Origin: Phycisphaeraceae bacterium
GTDB taxonomy: Bacteria > Planctomycetota > Phycisphaerae > Phycisphaerales > Phycisphaeraceae
Length of the DNA stretch: 64,000 nucleotides
Direction of reading: 5' to 3'
Assembly (NCBI GenBank): GCA_963674705.1
Contig: OY771506.1
Span: forward strand, 3,744,001 to 3,808,000
The notes under the pieces were generated by a model. That model was given only the letters and a program-made list of their open reading frames with translations, made no database searches and was not told the origin of the DNA. This document shows positions 53,635 through 63,814 of the stretch, piece after piece. Each line of letters opens with the position of its first letter. Within the stretch, counting starts at the first letter, position 1. The translations under genes were made by a program, and so were the position numbers.

Positions 53635-54306
53635 TCACGTGGTTGGTTTGTGGAACGAGACACGATATCGGCTTGAGCCTAATGCGACAATCCTTACGAC
53701 GTCGCCGACCTGCATGTCGTTTGCCTGATAGTAGGCGCCCCAGCCGCGCCAACGCAACATGGGCTTGCCCTTCGCGAAGTCGGTTTTGACTTCTTGGCCG
53801 TCCGGCATCAGCAGCGTCAGTGATTTGTTACGTATTTTCTCGGAAGCAGCGGGCAGGCTCAGGTAACGATTGCGGATCGCCCCGGCTGTCAGCGTCACTT
53901 CCATCAATGGGCTCAGCCAATCCTCCAGCACATGCCATGCTCGCAGAGACTTGGGGTACACCGGCCCGACATCAATCGGTTCGACATCCTTCAGGTGAAC
54001 AAAGGTGGTGTATCGGCAATCCAGTTTCTGCTGTAAGTATTCACTGTTACCACAGATCGCATGATTGAGACGCGCGTAAATCTGTTTGATTTTGTCAGGC
54101 GTCAGGTCCGCGTGTTGTTCGACCTTGCCGGCTAATGCGGTGGCGACGAACGGGCCTGAAGAGATCTTGATGAACAGGCGTTCACCCGTTTGGATGGCGT
54201 TGTATGGAGGCTGCGGCGTCTTCGTCAGTCGACTCTCCACGGTCTTGCGCCCGGAAAGAATCAACTTGGCGTAATGCTTCTTAAGAATCGCGACATGGAT
54301 CGCCAT
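53635..54306 (-). CDS. ASCH-domain protein with additional C-terminal domain
   Basis: ILSGRKTVESR (GxKxxExR ASCH motif). Confidence 0.8.
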   Translation of the reverse strand: MAIHVAILKKHYAKLILSGRKTVESRLTKTPQPPYNAIQTGERLFIKISSGPFVATALAGKVEQHADLTPDKIKQIYARLNHAICGNSEYLQQKLDCRYTTFVHLKDVEPIDVGPVYPKSLRAWHVLEDWLSPLMEVTLTAGAIRNRYLSLPAASEKIRNKSLTLLMPDGQEVKTDFAKGKPMLRWRGWGAYYQANDMQVGDVVRIVALGSSRYRVSFHKPTT

Positions 54307-54344
54307 GGGGTCATCGTATCAGGGAACGTGGGGCAATTCGAATG

Positions 54345-54505
54345 AACCACAGAGACACAGAGGCACAGAGACAAGGCATTTGTAACAGGGATAAACACAG
54401 ATGAACACAGATTAGGAAATTAATTCAAACAAATTCTTCCCATCTGTGTTCATCTGTGTCCATCCCTGTTTCTATTCCTCTCTGTAACTCTGTGTCTCTG
54501 TGGTT
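54345..54505. repeat. Doubly nested inverted repeats built from short tandem units
   Basis: Outer 54345-54371/54479-54505 (aaccacagagacacagag..); inner 54384-54412/54442-54470 (aacagggataaacacagatgaacacagat). Confidence 0.9.
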
Positions 54506-54514
54506 TAAAAATGA

Positions 54515-55339
54515 TCAGACAAAAGCCTTGTACAGCATTCTCGCGCCTGCGACAGCGGCACCGAGGTACATGATGAGGGTGAAGGGTTTTTCCGCCAGTC
54601 GTTTGTGCATCCATAGGCCGGCCATGATGCCGACGGGGACGAAGGTGGCGAACAAGGCGGATTCGACAAGTGTCCTGCTGTTGATCAGGCCCAGGCCGAT
54701 GTAGGTCGGGAGCTTTGAGCAATTGACGACGAGGAAGAAGAGTACCATCGTTGCGACGAGGCGCGTCTTTTCCATGCGTTGTTCGAGCAGGTAGATCGTG
54801 ATGACGGGGCCGGCGGAGTGAGCGACGGTCGAGACGATGCCGGCAAAGCCGCCGCTGGCGATGCCGCCACCGGGGCCGGGTGGTATGCGGGGCACGTAAC
54901 CACCGAGCAGGCGATACAGTTGCAGTGCGACGAACACCAGGCAGATCGAGCCGACGCAGAGGTTAAGCGCAAAGGTGAGTTTGCCGGTTTCCTGGAAGGT
55001 CCAGAGCACCCAAGTGCCGAGCAGGATGCCGCAGATCGCCCCGGTCAATAGTGAACGCAGGTGAAGCCAGGAGACGCCTTTTCGATGGCTCCAGACGCTG
55101 AACACGTCAGCCAGGATCAGGATCGGAAGCATCACACCGATGGCCCGCTCGGCCGGTAAGGCGTTGGCGACCAGTGGCACGGCGATCACGCCGACCCCGC
55201 CGCCGAAACCTGCCTTAGCGATACCAATAGTCAGCACGCCCAGACCGAGCGCCGTGATGTACCACCAGAGCGGGGTGCTGGCAGGCAACTCCGGTAGCAG
55301 GTCGGATAGCGTGGCGAGTGTGTAGATCAAGCTAGGCAT
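54515..55339 (-). CDS. TauE/SafE family (TSUP) transporter
   Basis: GIAKAGFGGG; AHSAGP; KLPTY; about 8 TM. Confidence 0.88.
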   Translation of the reverse strand: MPSLIYTLATLSDLLPELPASTPLWWYITALGLGVLTIGIAKAGFGGGVGVIAVPLVANALPAERAIGVMLPILILADVFSVWSHRKGVSWLHLRSLLTGAICGILLGTWVLWTFQETGKLTFALNLCVGSICLVFVALQLYRLLGGYVPRIPPGPGGGIASGGFAGIVSTVAHSAGPVITIYLLEQRMEKTRLVATMVLFFLVVNCSKLPTYIGLGLINSRTLVESALFATFVPVGIMAGLWMHKRLAEKPFTLIMYLGAAVAGARMLYKAFV

Positions 55340-55416
55340 GCAGGTAGGGGGAAGTACGAAGTATCAAGGCTGATCAGGCCATCGTTACCAGGATCGCTTG
55401 ACTTCATACTTTATCA

Positions 55417-57381
55417 TCACGTCAGGTAGGTATATCCGCTGAGGCCTTGCTCGAAGAATCGGCGGAGTTGTGTTGCTTCTTCGACGGTCAGGCGATCCGA
55501 GCGTACCGCGGCTTCGATGGATTTGCGGAAGTTGCGTTTCAGGTGTTCTGTATCGTATTGCACGTACTGGAGCACCTCGGAAACCGAATCACCTTCAACG
55601 ACCTCGTCGATCGACATGCGGCCTTGCTCATCGAGACTCACATGCACGGCGTTGGCGTCACCCAGCAGGTTGTGCAGGTCGCCGAGCACCTCCTGATAAG
55701 CGCCGACCATGAAAGCCCCGATGTAGTATTCCTCGCCTGTATACGGATGTAATGGCAGGACATTACCTGTCTGTAGTTTATTGATGAAGCAATCGATCTT
55801 GCCATCGGAATCGCAGGTGATGTCCGCCAGGATGCCGCGGTTGACGGGTTTCTCCTTAAGCCGATGGATCGGCATGATCGGGAAGACCTGGTCGATCGCC
55901 CAACTGTCGGGCATGGACTGGAAGATCGAGAAGTTGCAGAAGTACGTCCGGCAAAGCTGCGACTCAAGCCGCTGCAAATCCTGCGGAGGTTCGGGCATCT
56001 CACGGACATACTGAAGTGTCTTGAAACAGATCGCAAAGTACAAACGCTCAACCAGTGCACGCAACTCAAGCGAGCAGTAACCTAGATTGAACAGGTGCAT
56101 CGCTTCTACACGAGCAACCTGGGCGTCGTGATAGGACTGTGAAAAAGTTTTCTCATCCAGTTCGATGTACGCATCATACAACGAGCGGATCGGGTGTGGC
56201 AGTTCATCAACCTCGCTGCGGGGCATCACGGTCGGCGGCACGAAACCATCAAACCCGGTGGAGCCCAGCACGTTGAAGATCAGCAGACTGTGATAGGCGA
56301 CCATCGCCCGGCCGGATTCGCTGATGATCGTCGGGTGGGGGACTTCAGCCTCGTCGCAGATCTCCAGGACGTGGTAGATCACGTCGCTGGCGTATTCCTG
56401 TAAGGAGTAGTTGATGCTGGAGCCGGTGTCGGTCTTGCTGCCGTCATAATCGACGCCCAGACCGCCGCCTACGTCGATGTACTTCAGGCCCGCGCCGGCT
56501 TTGTAAAGCTCGGCGTAGATCCGGACCATCTCGATAATCGCCCGCTTGATCGGTGCGATTGTCGTGATCTGGCTGCCGAGGTGAAAGTGCAGCAGGTTGA
56601 GGCAATCGAGCATGTCCTCTTTGCGCAGGTACGCCATCGCTTCGAGGACCTCGCCGATGAACAAACCGAACTTCGAATGCACGCCGCCGGATTGCTCCCA
56701 CCGGCCCGAACCCTTGGTTGATAACTTGATGCGCATCCCGATCTGCGGACGCACGCCATGCGTCTTGGCGTGCGTAACAATCAGCTTGAGTTCTGAGAAC
56801 TTCTCTACAACCGGGATGATGTTCTTGCCGAGTTTGGTCGCGAGGATGACTGACTCGATGAATTGGTCGTCCTTGAAGCCGTTGCAGATGATGGGTGTCG
56901 TCTCGTCCTCGACCATAGCCAGCACGGCCAGCAATTCGGGTTTGCTGCCGGCCTCGAGCCCGAAGCCGTGCTCCTGCCCGAACGCCAGGATTTCTTCGAC
57001 GACGTGCCGCTGCTGGTTGACCTTGATCGGGTAGACGCAGCGATAACCCCCGCGGAACTCCATCTCCTCGATGGCGTTTTCAAAGGCCTTGGCCAGTTCG
57101 GACAGCCTGTGGCGGAGGATATCGGTCAGGCGGATCAGCAGGGGGGGTTGCAGGTCGCGCTGCTTGAGTTGATTTGTCAGTTCCATGAGGTCGATACCGA
57201 CACTCGGATCGTGCGTGGGATGGGCGACGACGTGCCCGGCTTCATTGATTGAGAAGTAGCCTCGCCCCCAGCGGTCGACGCCGTAGAGCTTCATGGCGTC
57301 ATCAATGGTCCAAGGGGCCTCGGGGGCTGGCTTGGACTCTGCGTATGGCTTACTCGGGCTGGTGGCTTGGGTTGGATTCAT
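55417..57381 (-). CDS. speA: Biosynthetic arginine decarboxylase
   Basis: YPIKVNQ; EAGSKPEL; HFHLGSQI; DVGGGLGVDYDGS; ESGRA; DITCDSDGKI. Confidence 0.97.
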   Translation of the reverse strand: MNPTQATSPSKPYAESKPAPEAPWTIDDAMKLYGVDRWGRGYFSINEAGHVVAHPTHDPSVGIDLMELTNQLKQRDLQPPLLIRLTDILRHRLSELAKAFENAIEEMEFRGGYRCVYPIKVNQQRHVVEEILAFGQEHGFGLEAGSKPELLAVLAMVEDETTPIICNGFKDDQFIESVILATKLGKNIIPVVEKFSELKLIVTHAKTHGVRPQIGMRIKLSTKGSGRWEQSGGVHSKFGLFIGEVLEAMAYLRKEDMLDCLNLLHFHLGSQITTIAPIKRAIIEMVRIYAELYKAGAGLKYIDVGGGLGVDYDGSKTDTGSSINYSLQEYASDVIYHVLEICDEAEVPHPTIISESGRAMVAYHSLLIFNVLGSTGFDGFVPPTVMPRSEVDELPHPIRSLYDAYIELDEKTFSQSYHDAQVARVEAMHLFNLGYCSLELRALVERLYFAICFKTLQYVREMPEPPQDLQRLESQLCRTYFCNFSIFQSMPDSWAIDQVFPIMPIHRLKEKPVNRGILADITCDSDGKIDCFINKLQTGNVLPLHPYTGEEYYIGAFMVGAYQEVLGDLHNLLGDANAVHVSLDEQGRMSIDEVVEGDSVSEVLQYVQYDTEHLKRNFRKSIEAAVRSDRLTVEEATQLRRFFEQGLSGYTYLT

Positions 57382-57459
57382 AGTTGAAGACCAGGCAGCG
57401 AGGGATTGTCCGGGGGATCAGTTCAGAGTGCAGATGATATAGAGCAAGTCCCGTGACGT

Positions 57460-57488
57460 AAAAGAAAACCCCGCCTGTGGAGGCGGGG
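57460..57488 (-). terminator. Terminator of the PEP-CTERM gene
   Basis: ccccgcct/aggcgggg stem, T-tract on the minus strand. Confidence 0.75.
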
Positions 57489-57518
57489 CGGTTGGTTATG
57501 ATGTTAACGATATACGTT

Positions 57519-58196
57519 TTACGGACGGCGGGTGATCGTCAGCAGGCCCAGGCCCAGCAGGGCGAGTGTGGCCGGCTCGGGGATGCGGGTGAAGTCGACA
57601 TCGATGGTCATGGCCTTCTTATCGATGACGGCTGCATCGTTGGGAGCATTGGAGGAGGCGATCAGGATATTGTCCAGATCGATCCGGATCATGGTGGCTT
57701 GGTAGTTCGACAGATCGAGTTCTGCCATACCAGACCACACCCCGGAGCCTGTCCCCGTCAGCGGCATGGCCGGATCAATAACGATCGGGTCGCTGACAAA
57801 GCCCCCCGTCAGGGGGTCAAGAATCGTCGCCACTAAAGTCCCTCCCGCGGTGACCTCAGCGGTACTGCCCAGCATTAGGTAGTCGCCGATTTCGTCGAGG
57901 CTGATCGATTCTATGAACAGGCCCGGGTCGGCCTGGATGATGAACGAAAGCTGCCCCGCGGTGATGTCCGATCCGGTCCCCGCCTGAGCGGCGGCAAACG
58001 GCCCGGTTGAGAAACTCAAGGAATCATCCACAACGATCGGTGTCCCGAACAGGGGCAACGGATCGGTTGCTGATGACTCGATTAGGTCTGTGACGGTGCC
58101 ACCGTCCAGATAATAAATGGCCCCGGCATCCGCGGTTTGGCTTGAAAGAATTAAGGCCCCGATCGCTACGCTGAGAAGTTCCTTACGTATCCGCAT
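57519..58196 (-). CDS. Small acidic secreted PEP-CTERM protein
   Basis: RBS aggag; signal peptide; IPEPATLALLGLGLL..RR. Confidence 0.9.
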   Translation of the reverse strand: MRIRKELLSVAIGALILSSQTADAGAIYYLDGGTVTDLIESSATDPLPLFGTPIVVDDSLSFSTGPFAAAQAGTGSDITAGQLSFIIQADPGLFIESISLDEIGDYLMLGSTAEVTAGGTLVATILDPLTGGFVSDPIVIDPAMPLTGTGSGVWSGMAELDLSNYQATMIRIDLDNILIASSNAPNDAAVIDKKAMTIDVDFTRIPEPATLALLGLGLLTITRRP

Positions 58197-58219
58197 CCTT
58201 GTCTCTCCTAAATAAGAAA

Positions 58220-58352
58220 AGCTGCTTTCTAGCAACGGAGCGCATCAAAAAAAGAGGGCGGACCTAAGTCCACTCTCTCCTCTCCGATGCGTGCTATTCA
58301 GCGGTGGCTGAAATAAGAGCAGCTACCTATGTTCTATCGACAGAATATAGGA
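58220..58352 (-). promoter_or_regulatory. Structured 5' leader containing a terminator-like hairpin (candidate attenuator/riboswitch)
   Basis: Several complementary stems and a hairpin followed by a T-run just upstream of the RBS. Confidence 0.4.
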
Positions 58353-58711
58353 TAGCCTATCATCGCTGGAATGCAATGGTTTTAGACAAGTTTAACGCGG
58401 TTTTTATAAGTCTTTCTCGCTCTCCTTTCTCCCAAATTGCCAGATTTGGCAATAACTCCTTTATCCGCCGGGGTATCAGGACGCGAATCGGCCTGGCGGA
58501 TACTCCGGTCTGGCCAGAACAGCCATCCCGAATATGCGTAACCTACGGTGCCTGGATTTATATGTCAAGATTTAAATTTATCTTTTTATAGTCGGGAAAA
58601 ATTGCCTAGGTTAACAGGTGGTCCAAGAACCGCCGGGGATTTGCCTGACTCCGGTGATGATTAACTGGTTGGAAGCGGGTATCCGATCAGAAGTCCCCTA
58701 AGCCATCCACT

Positions 58712-60769
58712 TTATAAAAGATCGATATTTGCCAGAAATGGGCTATTGACATGGTGAACACGAATGGGATTGACAATGCTGGTTAACAGCACCCTCATCA
58801 GCCAGAACAGGCCCATATCGACCCGGTGTTCTGAGCCTGATTCGGGTAATGGTGATCCTGTCGCCAGGTTGCTGGGTTGACCATCAATGATTCTGAGTTT
58901 GACCTGACCATCGCAGAGTATCCAAGTACCCGTCCCCTCCACAACGGCGCATTCCAACCTCAGTTCCTGCCCTTGTATCCGAGCCAGTATCAAATACCAC
59001 TCTTGATCTGCCTTGTAGTCCACATAGAACCCGTCATGCGGGGCGCCATCTTCAAATGACTTTCGGCTGCCGAAGAAGCTGGGCTTCTTGATGTAAGGGC
59101 CGCCGTACTCGGGGCAGAACGTATCGCAGTTGCCGCACTGGTTGCAGTAGTCCGCGAAGTTGGCGATCTGCTCGGTCTTCTCGACCTTGAAAGTTTTTTC
59201 TTCGCCGACTTCCATAACCTTTCCAGTTGAAGAGACGGATATGTCTCGGTAAGTGAAATTGATCTCAGGTGTCTCGTACAGGAAGTTCGCATCGTTCGGG
59301 CAGACGGGGATGCACTTGTTGCAGGTGATGCAATCGAAGACCACCAGGTGCGAGTTGATCCGCTTGGGAACCAATTGGTTGTTTTTCTGGTGGTAGCGTT
59401 CATCCGCCTGCGTCTGCTTGACGATGTCGGCCATATTCAGGAAGCCTGCGAGGACCGGGTCGCCGTTGGCTTCATCGGCGTGGCTATAGGCTTTGAGGAT
59501 GTAGTCGTGGATCGTGGCGGCGTTGGTCTTGGTCATGGTCGCGACAAGATCGCCGAGATATCCAGGCAGTCGACCGTAGCCGCCTGGCTTGAGCAGGTCG
59601 GTGCAGGTGGTGATGGGTTTGAACCCGCAGGCGACCATGTTCGGGAAGTTCTTGCGATCAACACCGGCCGAGAACGTGATCGGCATCTCGTGTCCCATCG
59701 CCATCCTGAACTCATGCGCCAGCGTCAGCGTGATCACATGCAGCGGCGGGCCCGACAGGTACATCACCTTGTTGTCGGGTGTGAAAAAGTCTCGGTGATT
59801 TACGACTTCCAGCGTATTCGAGAACTTCGCCCCGAATGATCGGCCTTGTTGCTTGGCAAGACTTTCCAAGCGTTTACAGATCTGGATTGATTCATCAAAG
59901 AGCAGGCCGCTGGTATACGCCCCCGAATTGACCTGCACCTCGTGATACCCCATCACATCGTGCAGCAGGTATTCCAGTTTCTCTTTGCCCAGCATCGGCG
60001 GATTCATCTTGACGATGACATCGACGCCAATTTCGGTCAACAGGAACTCGCAGATGCGTTCGATTTCGTCGGCCGGGCAGCCGTGGAACGTCGAGAGCGT
60101 GATGCTGCTGCTGAGCTTGGTCGGATAGTCAAGGTCGCGCAGGTGTTTGAGCCGGTCAGGCAGTTGATCGAGCAGGCGTGCGATGTGTTCGCTTGCATCG
60201 AGCATCCCGTTCATGAATCGGCGGATCGGCTCGGACTGGATGCCCTTCAGGTCGTATCCGACGGACATATCAAAGATCGTGTCGCCCAGCGGTCCGGCCA
60301 TCGTCAGATCGCCGAAGGGATTGCCGAACGTCTCGGGGCTGCTGCGGAGCATGTGGATGAGCATCGCACCCTGGACATACTGATCCAATGAATCCTCCAG
60401 GCACAGCTCCTGCGACCATTCCACGTTGTAGCCGACGTTGGCCGCGTCGATGCACGGCCGGGGTATCTCCAGCCGGTCGTTGATCTGCACGGTCTTCAGC
60501 TCGAAGATCCGCGACCCCGCCAGCCAGGCGAGGATCAGGTTCTGAGCCATCTGCGTCTGGGGCCCGGCCGCGGGTCCGACTGGATTGGCAGCCCGTCGGC
60601 CGTGAAAGGTGACCGACAGGTCCGGGCCATCAGCACTTCCGGGGAAACTTCCGGGGGCGGGGCGGTACCACTTTTTATCCGGCAGATCGAACATACTCGA
60701 CCGGGTCTTGTGTTCAAGACGCATCCGGTCAATCAGGTCCACAAACGGTGTGCAATACAGGTCTACCAT
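58712..60769 (-). CDS. ygfK: YgfK-like oxidoreductase: DHOD-like barrel plus 2x[4Fe-4S], lacking the GltD-like module
   Basis: VGPAAGPQTQMAQN, ELKTVQ, NVEWSQE, STFHGCP..EIE, TDLLKPGGYGRL; CxxCxxCxxxCP x2. Confidence 0.85.
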   Translation of the reverse strand: MVDLYCTPFVDLIDRMRLEHKTRSSMFDLPDKKWYRPAPGSFPGSADGPDLSVTFHGRRAANPVGPAAGPQTQMAQNLILAWLAGSRIFELKTVQINDRLEIPRPCIDAANVGYNVEWSQELCLEDSLDQYVQGAMLIHMLRSSPETFGNPFGDLTMAGPLGDTIFDMSVGYDLKGIQSEPIRRFMNGMLDASEHIARLLDQLPDRLKHLRDLDYPTKLSSSITLSTFHGCPADEIERICEFLLTEIGVDVIVKMNPPMLGKEKLEYLLHDVMGYHEVQVNSGAYTSGLLFDESIQICKRLESLAKQQGRSFGAKFSNTLEVVNHRDFFTPDNKVMYLSGPPLHVITLTLAHEFRMAMGHEMPITFSAGVDRKNFPNMVACGFKPITTCTDLLKPGGYGRLPGYLGDLVATMTKTNAATIHDYILKAYSHADEANGDPVLAGFLNMADIVKQTQADERYHQKNNQLVPKRINSHLVVFDCITCNKCIPVCPNDANFLYETPEINFTYRDISVSSTGKVMEVGEEKTFKVEKTEQIANFADYCNQCGNCDTFCPEYGGPYIKKPSFFGSRKSFEDGAPHDGFYVDYKADQEWYLILARIQGQELRLECAVVEGTGTWILCDGQVKLRIIDGQPSNLATGSPLPESGSEHRVDMGLFWLMRVLLTSIVNPIRVHHVNSPFLANIDLL

Positions 60770-60786
60770 ATTCTTGCCTATTCATA

Positions 60787-60960
60787 CCCCCTCTCCCCTC
60801 GGGAGAGGGCTGGGGTGAGGGCCGAAGTTCGTTGACGGTCCGTCAAATTCAGATTGTTGCCAAGTCGAAGTACGCCAATAGTTACGTCATATGTCATCGT
60901 GTAGTCGATTACATAAAACCACCGGCCCTCACCCTAACCCTCTCCCGGGGGCAGAGGGGA
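60787..60960. repeat. Inverted pair of family A REPs (REPIN-like)
   Basis: Copies at 60787-60824 and 60922-60960 around an AT-rich spacer of about 97 bp. Confidence 0.85.
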
Positions 60961-61097
60961 CCGAGCAGCGAGCCAATGTTACAAGCCCCTTAGCCTAATC
61001 GAGACTTCGGCAATCACCAACCTCTTTTTTTATGAAAGGTTAAGCTAGGTGTATAAAGGCTTGTAAGGTACAATCTTCCTTTTGGGATTTATTGAGC

Positions 61098-62363
61098 ATG
61101 AGCAGCACAATTACAGGGTTAACATGCGTGTCCTGCGGCCGAAACTTCGGGCCGGAGGGGCCTTGGATGGCATGCCCTGATTGCGGGCCGGATGAGGGCA
61201 TCGTCGACATTCAATTCGATCTGGACAAGGTTCGCCACGCCTGGAACGAGAAGCCGTTGGCGGATCGGCCTTTGAATCACTGGCGGTACCGGGAACTGCT
61301 GCCGCTGGATGAGTCCGCCATCCGCAACGACTGGTCTGTCGGCTGGACACCGGTGATCGACAGCAAACGGCTGGCTGGCGAACTCGGTCTCAAACAACTT
61401 TTATTCAAAGACGAGGGTCGGAACCCGACCGCTTCATTCAAGGACCGGGCCAGCTCGGTCGGCGTCGCCCATGCCTTGCAGCACAAGGCCAAGACAATCG
61501 CCTGTGCTTCGACGGGCAACGCCGCGACGAGCCTGGCCGGGCATGCAGCGCAGGCGGGATTGCCTTGCGTCATTTTCGTGCCACACACCGCGCCCGAGCC
61601 GAAGCTGGCACAGCTGCTGGTATACGGTGCTCATGTCGTGGCCGTCCAAGGCAGCTATGACGAGGCTTACCGCCTCTGCTCCGATGCCTGCATGAAGTTC
61701 GGCTGGTACAACCGTAACTGCGCGATCAATCCCGTTTTGGTTGAAGGTAAGAAGACCGGCGGGCTTGAAGTGGCAGAGCAATCCCATAGCTTCGGCGGTG
61801 TACCGGACTGGGTCGCGGTCAGCATCGGCGACGGCTGCACAGTCGCGGGCATCTGGAAGGGGCTCAAGCAGATGCACGAACTGGGCCAGATCGATCGACT
61901 GCCCCGGCTGCTTGGCGTGCAGGCGTATGGCGTCGCGCCGATCGCGTATGTCTTAGAAAACGGCAAGCTGCCTGAGATTCCAGAGAATGACGGGACGATC
62001 GCGGACAGCATCAACGTCCCGGTGCCGCGCAACTGGCGCAAGGCAGTCAATGCATTGAAAGATTCTGATGGGATCGTGGTCTGCGTGGATGATGCGGACA
62101 TCCTCGATGCGATGAAACTCGGTGGGCAACACGGCATCTATGCTGAACCCGCAGCCGCAGCCGCATTGGCGGGGATCGTTGCCGCGCGTGAAGCCGATGT
62201 GTTTGACGACAATAGCCGTGTCCTGAGCATGGTCACCGGTAGCGGTTTGAAAGACACCAAGGCCGCGATTCGTGCCGGGGGCGAACCGATCAGGATCAAA
62301 CCAGATATCGAAAAGCTCGCTTCGGTCCTCAGCGACCGGGGTGTTTTAAGTGGAGATGATTAA
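61098..62363 (+). CDS. Threonine synthase-like PLP enzyme (fold type II)
   Basis: N-terminal CxxC..CxxC; NPTASFKDR; ASTGNAA; EGKKT; EPAAAA; TGSGLKD. Confidence 0.88.
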   Translation: MSSTITGLTCVSCGRNFGPEGPWMACPDCGPDEGIVDIQFDLDKVRHAWNEKPLADRPLNHWRYRELLPLDESAIRNDWSVGWTPVIDSKRLAGELGLKQLLFKDEGRNPTASFKDRASSVGVAHALQHKAKTIACASTGNAATSLAGHAAQAGLPCVIFVPHTAPEPKLAQLLVYGAHVVAVQGSYDEAYRLCSDACMKFGWYNRNCAINPVLVEGKKTGGLEVAEQSHSFGGVPDWVAVSIGDGCTVAGIWKGLKQMHELGQIDRLPRLLGVQAYGVAPIAYVLENGKLPEIPENDGTIADSINVPVPRNWRKAVNALKDSDGIVVCVDDADILDAMKLGGQHGIYAEPAAAAALAGIVAAREADVFDDNSRVLSMVTGSGLKDTKAAIRAGGEPIRIKPDIEKLASVLSDRGVLSGDD

Positions 62364-63814
62364 TGCAGGTGAATCAGCAAGTCCTTGACCGAACTATTCA
62401 ACGTTGCCGGGAACGTAAAGTCCTTTTGCCGACGTTTGCGCAGATGAAGGACCCGTCCCTGGTACCGGAGAAGGTGAAGGACCGGTTGAAGCAGGTCGGG
62501 CTTTGGGATATCGACCCGATCAATCTGTTCCGCATTACCTGGAAGAACGAGCCGAAGGAAACCGGTGGGCTGTTTGGCAACGGCAACATCATCGAATTCC
62601 CCCCGGAATTTACCGGTGTTGAAGCGACCATCATCGGGATCGTCGGCAAGTACTTCCCAACCGGGGCGCATAAAGTCGGCGCCGCTTACGGCTGTCTTGC
62701 ACCGCGTTTGGTCACGGGTGAGTTCGATCCGACCGAAAACAAAGCCGTTTGGCCCAGCACGGGTAACTATTGCCGTGGCGGCGCGTTCGATTCGGCGCTG
62801 CTTGGTTGTGATGCAGTCGCCATCCTGCCCGAGGAGATGAGCCAGGAGCGTTTCGATTGGCTTAGCGGGATATGCTCGGAAGTCATCGCGACGCCCGGCT
62901 GCGAATCCAACGTCAAGGAAATCTACGATAAGTGCTGGGAGATCCGCAAGACACGGCCCGAGTGTGTGATCTTCAACCAGTTCGAAGAATTCGGTAATCC
63001 GATCTGGCACTACCACGTGACCGGCGGTTTCATCGAGGAAGTGTTTGAATCACTCGGTGCGGGTAAACGCCTCGCCGGTTACGTTTCCGCGACAGGTAGC
63101 GCGGGTACGATCGCGGCGGGGGACTACCTGCGCACCGTGCACCCACACCTGCGCGTCATCGCGTCCGAAGCCCTGCAGTGTCCAACGCTGTACCAGTTCG
63201 GCTTCGGCGGCCACCGCATCGAAGGCATCGGCGACAAGCACGTTCCTTGGGTCCACAATGTCCGCAACACCGACATGATCACCGCAATCGACGATGAGCA
63301 ATGCATGTCGTTGTTCCGCTTGTTTAACGAGCAAGCGGGTAAAGATTACCTGGGTGAAAAGCTTCCGGGGACGTTTGTCGAGCAGTTACCGCTGCTGGGT
63401 ATTTCTTCGATCTGCAACCTAATCAGCGCGATCAAGGCGGCCCGGTATTACGACATGAACAGCAAGGATGTGATCTTTACCTGCCTAACCGATTCATCTG
63501 ATCTTTACTCAAGCCGGATCACTGAACTGCAAGAAGGGCGCGGGACGTACACACGCGATAACGCCATCGCCGACAAAGCACGTTACGTGGATGGCATCGT
63601 TACGGACAATCTGCGCGAATTGAATTACCACGACCAGAAAGCCTTGCACAACTTCAAGTACTTCACGTGGATCGAGCAGCAGGGCCGCACGATTGATGAA
63701 CTGAACGAACTGTGGGACCCGGACTTCTGGGTGAAGACGTTCGATCAGGTGGGTGAATGGGACAAGCAGATTGAAGCGTTTAATGAGAAAACTGGTGTAT
63801 TGGATTTACTCTAA
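62363..63814 (+). CDS. PLP-dependent fold-type II enzyme (cysteine synthase/ammonia-lyase-like)
   Basis: PTGAHKVGA; STGNY; GSAGT; HRIEGIGD; translationally coupled (TAATG). Confidence 0.85.
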   Translation: MQVNQQVLDRTIQRCRERKVLLPTFAQMKDPSLVPEKVKDRLKQVGLWDIDPINLFRITWKNEPKETGGLFGNGNIIEFPPEFTGVEATIIGIVGKYFPTGAHKVGAAYGCLAPRLVTGEFDPTENKAVWPSTGNYCRGGAFDSALLGCDAVAILPEEMSQERFDWLSGICSEVIATPGCESNVKEIYDKCWEIRKTRPECVIFNQFEEFGNPIWHYHVTGGFIEEVFESLGAGKRLAGYVSATGSAGTIAAGDYLRTVHPHLRVIASEALQCPTLYQFGFGGHRIEGIGDKHVPWVHNVRNTDMITAIDDEQCMSLFRLFNEQAGKDYLGEKLPGTFVEQLPLLGISSICNLISAIKAARYYDMNSKDVIFTCLTDSSDLYSSRITELQEGRGTYTRDNAIADKARYVDGIVTDNLRELNYHDQKALHNFKYFTWIEQQGRTIDELNELWDPDFWVKTFDQVGEWDKQIEAFNEKTGVLDLL

